This document shows, in pieces, positions 1 to 9,814 of a stretch of 59,659 bases of DNA; position 1 is the stretch's first letter, and the number at the start of each line of letters is the position of its first letter. This DNA is from Patescibacteria group bacterium. GTDB lineage: Bacteria; Patescibacteriota; Minisyncoccia; Phycocordibacterales; PALSA-1337. A program made the translations under genes and the position numbers. The stretch lies in contig JANLHG010000020.1 in assembly GCA_024654575.1 (NCBI GenBank), positions 121,991 through 181,649 of the forward strand, read 5' to 3'. Under the pieces are notes generated by a model that was not told where the DNA came from, did no database searches, and saw only the letters and a program-made list of their open reading frames with translations.

Positions 1-113
1 AGAAGAAACTTCAGGAACATTGATAATATCATTATAGGGAATATATAAAGAATAAAGAGCTACCGAAGTAGCCACGACTATAACCCCAATAGAGAAAAAG
101 ATGAAGAATCTAC

Positions 114-863
114 TCATTGCGTTTTGAAGTATACCTTATTGCCATACCTAAGGTCTACATAATTTATATTTTTCTTTTCTTTCATAATTATCATCAAATT
201 TTCTAAAATATCATCGTATGATTTTTTGTTATTAAAAATAATTTTTCCAGTAGTAGATGTAACCTCAAAATCACCATCTTCTTTAGCAAAAACAGCCGTA
301 GCTTGAATATCTAGTTTTTGAATTGATTTTATAAAAGAATCTAATTGTTCAAATTGATCATCTTGATAATATTTTTTTCCATAGTATTGAACAAAAACAT
401 TTCCAGAAAAAGCGGGAGCTTTTGAAAAAATTAACCCTTTTTTATCCATAAAATAACATTCTTCTGTACTTAATAATTCACCGGCACACCACAAAACATA
501 AGGTTTTCTTTCTGAAACACTAATCTCTAAAGTATTCAAATTTTTTAGATGAATATCAACATTATCTAATTTTATAAATGAACTTAATATAGAATTTTTT
601 AAAAAAGCATTTGGATAGAGTAATGAATTATCTTTTGGAAAAAGAAAAAAATAATTTCCAATTATTTGGTCTTTTACAAAATTAATAATATCTTTTGAAA
701 CTACTCCGTTATTTCCTACCACTTCAATATTTTGAATTCTCAATATCGGCGAACGTAATGAATACGAAAAACTACCGATAATTATTATTACAATAAAAAT
801 AACAAAAGATATTTTCGCGATTAACTTCACCCGCTTCTTTTTAGCAGATTTTGGAGATAGCAT
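114..863 (-). CDS. ftsQ: FtsQ/DivIB-like cell division protein (N-terminal TM + POTRA)
   Basis: Basic N-tail, single TM, IQNIEVVGN POTRA-like segment, C-terminal YVDLRYGNKVY motif. Confidence 0.75.
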   Translation of the reverse strand: MLSPKSAKKKRVKLIAKISFVIFIVIIIIGSFSYSLRSPILRIQNIEVVGNNGVVSKDIINFVKDQIIGNYFFLFPKDNSLLYPNAFLKNSILSSFIKLDNVDIHLKNLNTLEISVSERKPYVLWCAGELLSTEECYFMDKKGLIFSKAPAFSGNVFVQYYGKKYYQDDQFEQLDSFIKSIQKLDIQATAVFAKEDGDFEVTSTTGKIIFNNKKSYDDILENLMIIMKEKKNINYVDLRYGNKVYFKTQ

Positions 864-879
864 GAGGGTATTATAACAC

Positions 880-2145
880 TTATTTTATCACCTCCTTTCC
901 CATATATTTTTGCAAAACTTCTGGTACTTTTATAGAACCGTCAGCTTGTTGGTTATTTTCAATAATAGAAATTAAAATACGTGGCCCAGCGATAGCTGTA
1001 TTATTTAATGAATGAGCAAATTTCAATTTACCGTCATCATCTTTATATCTAATATTTAAACGTCGAGTTTGAAAATCATGAAAATATGATGATGAATGTG
1101 TCTCTCTGTATCTTTCCTCTGAAGGCACCCATGTTTCAATATCATATTTTTTAACTTGCCCAAGACCAAGATCTCCTCCGCAATTAATTACTACCCGATA
1201 CGGAAGTTTCAAAGCTTGTAAAATTTTTTCTGAGTTTTCAGTAATTTCTTCGTGCCATTTCACCGATTCTTGATGACTAGCTTCACACAAAACAACTTGC
1301 TCAAGTTTATAAAATTCATGAATACGAAATACACCTTTAGTATCTTTACCATGACTGCCCGCTTCTCGTCTAAAGCACGGAGAAAATGAAATAAATTTTA
1401 GAGGTAATTTTGTTTTATCTATAATCTCGTCCATATAATATCCCATAGTCGGAACTTCCGCTGTACCAGTTAAATAAAGGTCGTCTTGAGTTTTATAAAG
1501 GTCATCTTCGCTTTGAGGTAAATAACCTGTACCCATAAATGCTTCACGTCTAACTAAAGATGGCGTAAGCATCGGAATAAAATCTTTTTTTGCCGTAAAT
1601 TGATCCATGACGAATTGAAAAACAGCATTCATCAATAACACTCCATCATTTTTCAAAAAGTAACCTCTAAATCCAGCCACTTTTGCACCACGCACTGTAT
1701 CTACCATATCAAAAGCTTCCATAATTTCTACATGATTTTTAGGAGTAAAATCAAACATAGGTTTTTCTCCCCATTTTCTAACTTCTTTATTATCTTCATC
1801 ACTTTCACCTTCAGGTACAGACATATCTGGAATATTAGGAACTTTCAACATCAGATTTTGCCAGTCTTTCATAATTCCCTTCATTCTTTCTTCTACAATA
1901 GCAAGCTCTACTTTTAGTGTTTTTGTAGATTCAATAATTTTATTACGAGCTTCTTCATCTGTCTCTCGTTGAACTCTTTGACTATAAAGATTTTGTTCAG
2001 CTCGCTTTTGTTCAATAACAAGTAAAAGTCCTCTCCTTCTTTCATCAATTTCTACCAATTCATTAACATCAAACTTGATATGCTTTTTCTTAGCACCTTC
2101 TTGCACTATCTCTTTATTTTCTAGAATAAATTTAATATCCAACAT
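880..2145 (-). CDS. serS: Seryl-tRNA synthetase
   Basis: MLDIKFI start, GTAEVP, FRREAGSHGKDTKG..RIHEF, ETHSSS, LNNTAIA class II motifs. Confidence 0.98.
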   Translation of the reverse strand: MLDIKFILENKEIVQEGAKKKHIKFDVNELVEIDERRRGLLLVIEQKRAEQNLYSQRVQRETDEEARNKIIESTKTLKVELAIVEERMKGIMKDWQNLMLKVPNIPDMSVPEGESDEDNKEVRKWGEKPMFDFTPKNHVEIMEAFDMVDTVRGAKVAGFRGYFLKNDGVLLMNAVFQFVMDQFTAKKDFIPMLTPSLVRREAFMGTGYLPQSEDDLYKTQDDLYLTGTAEVPTMGYYMDEIIDKTKLPLKFISFSPCFRREAGSHGKDTKGVFRIHEFYKLEQVVLCEASHQESVKWHEEITENSEKILQALKLPYRVVINCGGDLGLGQVKKYDIETWVPSEERYRETHSSSYFHDFQTRRLNIRYKDDDGKLKFAHSLNNTAIAGPRILISIIENNQQADGSIKVPEVLQKYMGKEVIK

Positions 2146-2190
2146 AAATATATTTCATATAATAGTACCATAAATGCTATAGTATTAAAA

Positions 2191-3066
2191 ATGTTAAATA
2201 AATCCACAATCCGTGTGTTTGATAAAAAACAATGGCCTGAAGGTTTGTCGCATATTCCTCATCCACCCAAAAAGCTCTTTATAGAAGGAGCTGTACTTTC
2301 GCCTAACTTAAAATATCTTTGTGTTGTTGGTTCTAGAAAATACACCTCCTACGGAAAAGAAGTATGTGAAAAATTAATAGAGGGATTAAAAGGTTATCCT
2401 ATTGCAATAGTTTCTGGTTTAGCAGTCGGTATAGATTCTATAGCCCATTATTCTGCTTTAAAAGCCAAATTAAAAATTGTGGCTATACCCGGTTCTGGAC
2501 TTTCTAGAAATGTTATTTACCCTCAAACAAACAGAAAATTAGCGGATAAAATTATTGAAGCTGGGGGAACTTTAATTTCAGAATACGAGCCAGAGTTTAT
2601 GGCAATGTTGCATACTTTTCCAGAACGAAATCGTCTAATGGTTGCTATTTCTCAAGCAGTACTTATAATTGAAGCCGGTCAAAAATCGGGAACACTTATC
2701 ACCGCTCGATTAGCTACCGATTATAATAAGGACGTTTTTACAGTGCCAGGTTCAATTTATTCAAAAAATTCTGAAGGTCCTCATATGCTTTTAAGATTAG
2801 GGGCTACGCCAATTACTTCTTCTGGAGATATTCTTGAAGCATTAGGATTGGAAAGAGCAGAAGATGGTCAAAAAATGCTCGACCTAAAATACAATGAATG
2901 TTCTGTAGAAGAAAAAGAATTATTGAATTTATTATTAGAACCGATTGAAAAAGATGAATTGATCAGAATCAGTGGCAAACCAGCACATGAAATAAATTCG
3001 GCTTTATGTATGCTTGAGATAAAAGGCCTCATAAAAGAAAGCGGAGGTGAAGTCTATCGTGTATAA
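2191..3066 (+). CDS. dprA: DNA-processing protein DprA
   Basis: VVGSR, VSGLAVGIDSIAH, FPERNRL, SGTLITA motifs; upstream of topA. Confidence 0.97.
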   Translation: MLNKSTIRVFDKKQWPEGLSHIPHPPKKLFIEGAVLSPNLKYLCVVGSRKYTSYGKEVCEKLIEGLKGYPIAIVSGLAVGIDSIAHYSALKAKLKIVAIPGSGLSRNVIYPQTNRKLADKIIEAGGTLISEYEPEFMAMLHTFPERNRLMVAISQAVLIIEAGQKSGTLITARLATDYNKDVFTVPGSIYSKNSEGPHMLLRLGATPITSSGDILEALGLERAEDGQKMLDLKYNECSVEEKELLNLLLEPIEKDELIRISGKPAHEINSALCMLEIKGLIKESGGEVYRV

Positions 3067-3077
3067 TATTTAATAAA

Positions 3078-5258
3078 ATGAAATTACTTATAGTAGAATC
3101 ACCAGCAAAAGCAAAAACCATTTCCAAATACTTGGATAATCTTTACACAGTCAAAGCTTCTGTTGGACATATTCGTGATTTGCCAAAGAGCAATAAAAAA
3201 GCCATTGATATAGAAAATGGTTTTATTCCCCATTATGAAATATCTCCCGGCAAAGAAAAAGTAGTGTCAGAATTAAAGTCACTCTCAAAAAAAGCTGATG
3301 AAGTCCTTTTAGCGACTGACCCCGACAGAGAAGGTGAAGCTATTGCTTGGCACATAAAAGAAGCCATTGGATTAAAAAATCCTAAACGAGTTGTTTTTCA
3401 CGAAATTACTAAAGAAGCCGTACAAGAAGCTATCAATCATCCTAGAGATATTGACGATAATCTTCGTAAAGCTCAAGAAGCCAGAAGAGTGCTTGACCGT
3501 TTGGTCGGATATGACCTTTCAGGATTAATTTGGAAAAAAGTTCGCTACGGACTTTCTGCAGGTCGTGTTCAATCCCCCGCTTTACGTATTCTTATGGAAC
3601 GCGAAAGAGAAATTCGAGCTTTTAAATCAGAAAAATATTGGAATATCTCGGCAGACGTTTTGAGTGCTTCAAAAACACCTTTCACTCTAATATGTATTAT
3701 TGAACCGAGAGATAATAAAGAAGTTGAGAGAATTGTTAAAATAGGAAATGAAGGAAATTGGACTGTTATTGGTTTAGATGAATCAGAAGCCAAAAGAACT
3801 CCCCGCCCCCCATTTATCACTTCAACATTACAACAAAGTGCTAGTACTCGTCTTGGAATGAGTCCATCTAGAACCATGGGAGTTGCTCAAAAACTTTACG
3901 AAGAAGGATTTATTACCTATATGCGAACAGACAGTACCGCTTTATCTAGTTATGCTCAAAATCAAATTGGAGAAGTTGTTGGAAAAAAATTTGGTCAAGA
4001 ATTATATGTACCAAGAGTATTTTCTAAAAAAAGCAAAAATGCTCAAGAAGCTCACGAAGCCATTCGTCCAACTCATCTATCAGATGAAAATGTTGGTCAT
4101 ACTCCAGAACAAAAATCCCTTTATAAATTAATCTGGCAACGAACAGTGGCGTCACAAATGTCAGATGCAAGAATTTTACGAACAAAAATGACAGCGAATG
4201 TTATCATCCCTTCGAATACCTCAGGGCAAGCAATTCCTGATTTTACAATCAACGGTTCAAGAGTAATTAATCCCGGTTGGCTTTTAGCAGATCCAGATGC
4301 ACGAAGTGAAGATGTTGAATTACCAAAAGTAACCGTTGGAGAAAAATTAACACTAAAAGAAATAAAAACTGAAGAAAAAGAAACTCAACCGCCATTTAGA
4401 TATTCTGAAGCTGGACTTATTAAAGAATTAGAAAAAAGAGGTATCGGCAGACCCTCAACTTACGCTAGTATCATTAAAACATTGGAAGAAAGAGGTTATG
4501 TGGATAAAATAAATAAAGCTCTTAATCCGACTGACACTGGAGATGTGGTGTCTAGTTTTTTGGAACAAAATTTTGGCAATTATATTAGCGACACTTTCAC
4601 AGCAGAAATGGAAGATAAATTAGATACCATCTCACGAGGTGAAATTGATTATGAAAAAACCTTGAAAGATTTTTATAAGCCCTTTAGTAAAGATGTAAAA
4701 TCAAAAGAGAAAATGGAAAAAGTGACAAATCTAGGTGAAGCGGATAATTCTATTGTTTGTCCTAAATGTAGCTCATCAATGGTTATAAAATTATCTAAAA
4801 ATGGAAAATTTTTGAGTTGTTCAAAGTTTCCAGAATGTAATGGAGCAAGAACAATGGAAGGAAAAGAGCTTGAAGGTCCAAAAGAATTAGATGAAATTTG
4901 TCCTAAGTGCGGTAAATCAAAATTAGTTGAAAGAGAAGGCAGATTTGGTAAATTTATTTCCTGCGGAAGTTATCCGAAATGTAAATTTATAAAAAAAGAC
5001 GCAGAACTTGAAAGACAAAATTCAACAGGAGTGAAATGTCCTCTATGTAAAGACGGAATGATGACCGAGCGACGAGGAAGGTTTGGTTTATTTTATAGTT
5101 GTTCAAATTATCCAGATTGTAAAAATGCTATAAAAGCCAAACCGACAGGAAAACTGTGTCCTGTTTGCGGAGCCTTAATGATGGAAGGCACAAAAACCAT
5201 TCCCGAGAGATGCTCGGTCAAAACTTGCCCCAATCACAATCCCCACAAGTTAGTTTGA
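3078..5258 (+). CDS. topA: DNA topoisomerase I with C-terminal Zn ribbons
   Basis: IVESPAKAKTI, ATDPDREGEAI, SAGRVQS, ITYMRTD, GIGRPSTY; repeated CPxC ribbons. Confidence 0.98.
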   Translation: MKLLIVESPAKAKTISKYLDNLYTVKASVGHIRDLPKSNKKAIDIENGFIPHYEISPGKEKVVSELKSLSKKADEVLLATDPDREGEAIAWHIKEAIGLKNPKRVVFHEITKEAVQEAINHPRDIDDNLRKAQEARRVLDRLVGYDLSGLIWKKVRYGLSAGRVQSPALRILMEREREIRAFKSEKYWNISADVLSASKTPFTLICIIEPRDNKEVERIVKIGNEGNWTVIGLDESEAKRTPRPPFITSTLQQSASTRLGMSPSRTMGVAQKLYEEGFITYMRTDSTALSSYAQNQIGEVVGKKFGQELYVPRVFSKKSKNAQEAHEAIRPTHLSDENVGHTPEQKSLYKLIWQRTVASQMSDARILRTKMTANVIIPSNTSGQAIPDFTINGSRVINPGWLLADPDARSEDVELPKVTVGEKLTLKEIKTEEKETQPPFRYSEAGLIKELEKRGIGRPSTYASIIKTLEERGYVDKINKALNPTDTGDVVSSFLEQNFGNYISDTFTAEMEDKLDTISRGEIDYEKTLKDFYKPFSKDVKSKEKMEKVTNLGEADNSIVCPKCSSSMVIKLSKNGKFLSCSKFPECNGARTMEGKELEGPKELDEICPKCGKSKLVEREGRFGKFISCGSYPKCKFIKKDAELERQNSTGVKCPLCKDGMMTERRGRFGLFYSCSNYPDCKNAIKAKPTGKLCPVCGALMMEGTKTIPERCSVKTCPNHNPHKLV
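4208..4231 (+). repeat. 24-bp REP-like element inside topA (encodes PSNTSGQA)
   Basis: CCCTTCGAATACCTCAGGGCAAGC is 21/24 identical to the copy in rpsP (22552-22575). Confidence 0.8.
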
Positions 5259-5292
5259 CTTTATATATAAAGTTTGATATACTATACAATAG

Positions 5293-5475
5293 ATGAAGAG
5301 AATAGAGGTCTCGTTTGAGAGAGGGCAATCTTCTCAGCCGGTTGTTCTCGAACAAGCAGAACCAAAATCAAATTGGCAGAAAGACTGGGAACAAGCACAA
5401 GAAGAACGCGAAGAAAGATTCGCAAAACTTCTTGTCGCTAATAAGTCAGAAGAAAAAAAATATGAGAAGAAGTAA
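5293..5475 (+). CDS. Small hypothetical protein (60 aa)
   Basis: ORF preceded by TGATATACT -10-like box and followed by a hairpin terminator. Confidence 0.5.
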   Translation: MKRIEVSFERGQSSQPVVLEQAEPKSNWQKDWEQAQEEREERFAKLLVANKSEEKKYEKK

Positions 5476-5478
5476 CGC

Positions 5479-5513
5479 AAAAGCGCCACATCATCAGATG
5501 ACATGGCGCTTTT
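5479..5513. terminator. Bidirectional intrinsic terminator
   Basis: AAAAGCGCCA...TGGCGCTTTT 10-bp inverted repeat between convergent genes. Confidence 0.75.
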
Positions 5514-5530
5514 ACTTTGCTTAAATTGAA

Positions 5531-5728
5531 TTACGCTTTTGTTACATTCTTTGCGCTGGGGCCTTTTTCGCCATCAACTACATCAAAAGAAAGAGTATCT
5601 CCTTCCTTCAATTCATCAAATGTCACGCCATTCAAATCCTTAGAATGAAAGAAAAGGTCCTTTGCTTCGCCTTCGCGAGCAATGAATCCGAATCCTTTAT
5701 CTGTAAGTGTCTTGATTGTTCCTGTCAT
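5531..5728 (-). CDS. cspA: Cold-shock protein
   Basis: KGFGFI RNP1 and LFFH RNP2, GEKGPSAKNV. Confidence 0.95.
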   Translation of the reverse strand: MTGTIKTLTDKGFGFIAREGEAKDLFFHSKDLNGVTFDELKEGDTLSFDVVDGEKGPSAKNVTKA

Positions 5729-5833
5729 GTTTTTGCTTTTTATTTTATTTTTAAATTATATGGGAAACTCGACTGCATTTCTTGATAAGTTAATTGTAGC
5801 ACAGTATTAAAAAATTAGGTAGAATGAAGTCAT

Positions 5834-5905
5834 GGCCCTATCGTCTATCGGTTAGGACACATCCTTCTCAAGGATGGAAGCGGAGTTCGACTCTCCGTAG
5901 GGTCA
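5834..5905 (+). tRNA. tRNA-Glu(CTC), CCA not encoded
   Basis: Acceptor GGCCCTA/TAGGGTC, anticodon arm CATCC-TTCTCAA-GGATG, T-arm GGAGTTCGACTCTCC. Confidence 0.95.
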
Positions 5906-5908
5906 CAA

Positions 5909-6493
5909 ATGACTAAAAAAGATATAATCAAACTTGTTACAAAAGACTTATGGATGATGAGTATTCTTAAAAAAGCCGAATCATTGAATCTACCAGATTG
6001 GATGATTGGTGCTGGATTCTTAAGAAACAAAGTTTGGAATCATTTACATAATATTAATAAAAAAACTGTTGATACAAGGGATATTGATCTTATTTATTTT
6101 GACACAAATAATATTAGTGAAAAAAATGATAAAATTTTATCTCAAAAAATGAAAGGTTCGTCAGATTTAGAATGGGAAATTGTAAACCAAGCTTATACTC
6201 ATCTTTGGAAAAATAGAAAAAAGCCTTACAAAAATACCGAGGAAGCTATTTCTGAATGGGTTGAAACCGCCACTTGCGTGGCTATTACTTTGAAAAAAGG
6301 AAAACTAGAAATCATAGCTCCACACGGTATTGATGATTTAGTTAATTTAATTTTACGACCAAGCCCGTTTTTTATAAATAAGTTAGATGTTTTTAATAAA
6401 AGAATAGAAGATAAAAAATGGTTAGAAAAATGGCCAAAACTGAAAACTGTAATAAAAAACAGCGTTGCTTCAAAGAAGCAACGCTGTGTGTGA
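5909..6493 (+). CDS. Nucleotidyltransferase family protein (DUF925/NTP_transf_6-like)
   Basis: WMIGAGFLRNKVW, DIDLIYFD, WVETATCVA, APHGIDDL motifs. Confidence 0.85.
   Translation: MTKKDIIKLVTKDLWMMSILKKAESLNLPDWMIGAGFLRNKVWNHLHNINKKTVDTRDIDLIYFDTNNISEKNDKILSQKMKGSSDLEWEIVNQAYTHLWKNRKKPYKNTEEAISEWVETATCVAITLKKGKLEIIAPHGIDDLVNLILRPSPFFINKLDVFNKRIEDKKWLEKWPKLKTVIKNSVASKKQRCV
6459..6487. terminator. 13-bp perfect hairpin (probable terminator) overlapping the nucleotidyltransferase 3' end
   Basis: ACAGCGTTGCTTC-AAA-GAAGCAACGCTGT between convergent genes. Confidence 0.65.
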
Positions 6494-6518
6494 ATTTTAG
6501 AAACCGTGGGTACCACAT

Positions 6519-7808
6519 TTACCTCCTCGTCCATTCTTCCTCCTGTCTGACAAGCAAATCAGCTTTTTGTTCTGGATGAGCCATTATTTTTTCCACTGTT
6601 CTTTCCATTCGCATAGATTGAGAACCTTTTACTAAAATAAGGTCATCTTTTGAGATAATATTTACGAGATAATCACCAGCCGAACGTGAATCATCAAAAG
6701 AAAAAATATTTTTTGCATCCATTCCCGCTTTCATCGCTCCTTCTTTAATATATTGAGAACGAACACCAACAGTCAGAAGAATATCAGCGACAACAGCAAT
6801 TTCTTCCCCCGCTTTTTTGTGTTCTTCAATAGCAAACTTACCGAGCTCCATCATATCACCAACACAGATAATTTTTCTACCAGAAATATTAATTTCTTTA
6901 CAAACTTCAAGTGCTTGATGAAGGGCAATCGGAGAAGAATTATAAGTATCATCTATAATAATGGAATCATTTTTTCCTTCGACAAGAGTCATTCTGCCTT
7001 TTGGAGAAATATGTCCAGCAAAAGATTGACTGATATCTACCATATTTATATTTTGAGAAACACCAACAGCTACAGCTGATAAGATAGGATATAAATGTTG
7101 AAGACCGAGTGTACCGAAAATAGAAATGGGTACTGAATTACCTGAAATGTTTATTTTAAAATTCATTCCAATGGGTTTTTTATTTTCATATAGAATAATC
7201 GAATTAGAACCAATAATATCCGCACCATTATTAAAACCGAAAGTGATGACTCTACCTTTAAAACTTTTTTTGAAATTCATGACATCATCATCGTCGTAAT
7301 TCAAAACGAGAACCCCATCTTTTTTCAAAGATTTAACTAAATATTCTTTTTCCTTAATAAGATCTTCGCGAGATTTAAAAAACTCAATATGAACAGGTAC
7401 GGCACTAAAACGTGTGACTACAACAATATCAGATTTAATCCATTTTGCGATATTTTTAATATCATTTGGTCTATCTGCACCAATTTCTAATGCAAGCCAT
7501 TTAGGAAAATTATGACGAATAATCAAAAGCTCCAATCCATATAGAATGTTTTTAAACCAAAGAAGAATATTAGTCCAAGCATTTGGACAACCCAAAATCG
7601 TAAGTGGAACACCAATATCACTATTGAAACTTTTTTCACTTTTTCGGATAAAAAATGTTTTACTCAATAAAGTGTAAATAGCATCTTTAGTCGAAGTTTT
7701 ACCTACATTCCCAGTAACTGTAATAATTTTCGGTTTATACTTCCAAAGTATCGCTCTGGCTTCTAACTCAAGAATTTTTGTAATTATTTTTTTAAGTATA
7801 TGCTTCAT
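6519..7808 (-). CDS. murF: UDP-MurNAc-tripeptide:D-Ala-D-Ala ligase
   Basis: ITVTGNVGKTSTK, IIDDTYNSSP, GDMMELG, LVKGSQ. Confidence 0.93.
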   Translation of the reverse strand: MKHILKKIITKILELEARAILWKYKPKIITVTGNVGKTSTKDAIYTLLSKTFFIRKSEKSFNSDIGVPLTILGCPNAWTNILLWFKNILYGLELLIIRHNFPKWLALEIGADRPNDIKNIAKWIKSDIVVVTRFSAVPVHIEFFKSREDLIKEKEYLVKSLKKDGVLVLNYDDDDVMNFKKSFKGRVITFGFNNGADIIGSNSIILYENKKPIGMNFKINISGNSVPISIFGTLGLQHLYPILSAVAVGVSQNINMVDISQSFAGHISPKGRMTLVEGKNDSIIIDDTYNSSPIALHQALEVCKEINISGRKIICVGDMMELGKFAIEEHKKAGEEIAVVADILLTVGVRSQYIKEGAMKAGMDAKNIFSFDDSRSAGDYLVNIISKDDLILVKGSQSMRMERTVEKIMAHPEQKADLLVRQEEEWTRR

Positions 7809-7811
7809 GAT

Positions 7812-9518
7812 TTATCTATCAGGTGGTATTTCATAATAATTGATTAAAAACTTAGCAATGTCAATAAAAGGACTAACTAATGTTTCCGTAGCAAATCTAG
7901 CTCCCTTTGGATTTTTAGTGAAAAGAAAGACCAAAAAACGTGGATTATATGCCGGAAAATAGCCAAAAAACGAGTGCAAAATCCTATCATCATAATAACT
8001 ACCTCTGGGGTCAGGAATTTGTGCTGTTCCAGTTTTTGCTGCAATACTATAATGTTGTAATTTAAGTCTTCCGCCACCCAGCGAAGTATCTACTGCTTCA
8101 ATAAGCATTCTAGTAATTTCTTCAGAAGTTTCTTTTTTAATAACTGTTCTCTGTTCTTCTGGAGAAATATGTTTTGAATATCCTAAAGTATAGTTTATAT
8201 CTGTAACAATATGCGGACGAATAAGTTTTCCACCATTTGCAAGTGAAGCAACGGCACGAGCAGTATTAACTGGCGTCATAGCAATTCCCTGCCCGAACGA
8301 CGCCGTAGCATGTTCAATATCTCTAGGACTTTTAAGATTAGTAATGATACCTTTGGCTTCATTTGGTAAATCAACACCAGTAAGTTCACCAAGCCCAAAG
8401 TCAGTCATATAACGAGAAAAAACATCATTACCCATTTGACTTACAGCAAAAGCAGCTCCTGTGTTTAAAGATTCATTAAGCACCACCTGCATACTGACAA
8501 TTCCTCTGCCGATACCATCAAAATTTGATATTTTTTTACCATCAAGCTCTATAAAACCTCTATCATTATATGTCGTTTTAGCGGTGATAGCTCCAGAATC
8601 AATACCCGCTGAAATGGTTAAAGGTTTTATAATAGAACCCATTTCATAAACGTTTTCAATTAGGGGATTTATAAATATGGAAGAATTTTTTTCAGACTGA
8701 AATGAATTTGGGTCAAAAGTTGGATACGAGGACATTCCATTTATTTCTCCAGTCATTGGATTTAATACAATTATTCCTGTCACTTCTGAATTCCAATTAC
8801 TACCAATTTTTTCAATAGTTTTTTCAATATAATCCTGAATTACTGGGTCAAGAGATGTCACAATATTTCCCCTTGGTTCCCCTTTTAAAATAACTCTATC
8901 TAATCCAGCAAAAATTTCAGCAAAAAAATTAATATAAATATTTTCAGTATCACGCCCCAACACTGATTCATAAGACCTTTCCAATCCATATTGTCCAGTT
9001 AATTTATTTCCTCCATTATAACCAATAAAACCTACTTCGTGAGAAGCTGATGTTCCACTTGGATAAAATCTCCATTTATCTTTATAAATTTTAATACCTG
9101 GTATTTTTAAAGCATCAATAGCATTACCGACATCTATTTCAACGTGTTTAGCTAGTTCTTCATAGGGATCATTCTTTTTCTGAGATTTTGCTAAAAAAAT
9201 ATCTTTATCAAGTGAAATTAAAGGAGAAATTTTTAAGTAAGCGTCATTTACATCTTTAATATCTCTAGGCACCATAGCAAGAGTAAAACCTTCTTTAAGA
9301 GTCGCTACTACAGAATTAGAAGCGTCTTTATTTTTAAAATAAATAGTACCACGGTCAAATATTGACTGGTTAGGCGTAATATACTGATGATTTGCTTTTT
9401 CAATAAAAATTTCACTAGAAATAATTTGTATAAAATAAAGTTTAGCAATTAAAATAACAGCAAAAAGAAATATAAAAAATGTAATAATTCTAATTCGTAA
9501 AATGAGGGCTGGTTTCAT
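7812..9518 (-). CDS. ftsI: Class B penicillin-binding protein
   Basis: SxxK (SIIK), SxN (SLN), KTGT motifs; dcw position. Confidence 0.93.
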   Translation of the reverse strand: MKPALILRIRIITFFIFLFAVILIAKLYFIQIISSEIFIEKANHQYITPNQSIFDRGTIYFKNKDASNSVVATLKEGFTLAMVPRDIKDVNDAYLKISPLISLDKDIFLAKSQKKNDPYEELAKHVEIDVGNAIDALKIPGIKIYKDKWRFYPSGTSASHEVGFIGYNGGNKLTGQYGLERSYESVLGRDTENIYINFFAEIFAGLDRVILKGEPRGNIVTSLDPVIQDYIEKTIEKIGSNWNSEVTGIIVLNPMTGEINGMSSYPTFDPNSFQSEKNSSIFINPLIENVYEMGSIIKPLTISAGIDSGAITAKTTYNDRGFIELDGKKISNFDGIGRGIVSMQVVLNESLNTGAAFAVSQMGNDVFSRYMTDFGLGELTGVDLPNEAKGIITNLKSPRDIEHATASFGQGIAMTPVNTARAVASLANGGKLIRPHIVTDINYTLGYSKHISPEEQRTVIKKETSEEITRMLIEAVDTSLGGGRLKLQHYSIAAKTGTAQIPDPRGSYYDDRILHSFFGYFPAYNPRFLVFLFTKNPKGARFATETLVSPFIDIAKFLINYYEIPPDR

Positions 9519-9814
9519 TATTGAATATGATTTGGTTGATCAGCTTGTCCCAAACCTCCTCGTGTTATGAAAATAGTTGAATCTGCATTTTTGAAACCCT
9601 GAGCATAAGCCATATCAAGATTGATACTCCCTTTAGCATTCATATATTGTGTTTCAAGATCACTAATAGAAGAAAGAATATCATTTGCCTCTTTTTCAAC
9701 TTTTTCTCTTGTAATAACATTGACAATTGTCTGTCTAACTAAAAAGGCATAAAAAACAAAAGTAAATGTTAAAACTGGTAGTATTATTAAAATGAATTTT
9801 TTAGGTGTGTTCAT
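9518..9814 (-). CDS. ftsL: FtsL-like cell division protein
   Basis: TM plus coiled coil, located between rsmH and ftsI. Confidence 0.6.
   Translation of the reverse strand: MNTPKKFILIILPVLTFTFVFYAFLVRQTIVNVITREKVEKEANDILSSISDLETQYMNAKGSINLDMAYAQGFKNADSTIFITRGGLGQADQPNHIQ

Noticed and set aside
5260-5274. AT-only palindromes such as CTTTATATATAAAG
   Set aside because: Expected by chance in AT-rich DNA
5909-6493. The nucleotidyltransferase as the CCA-adding enzyme for these CCA-less tRNAs
   Set aside because: Its motifs fit DUF925, not class II CCA enzymes; adjacency alone is not evidence
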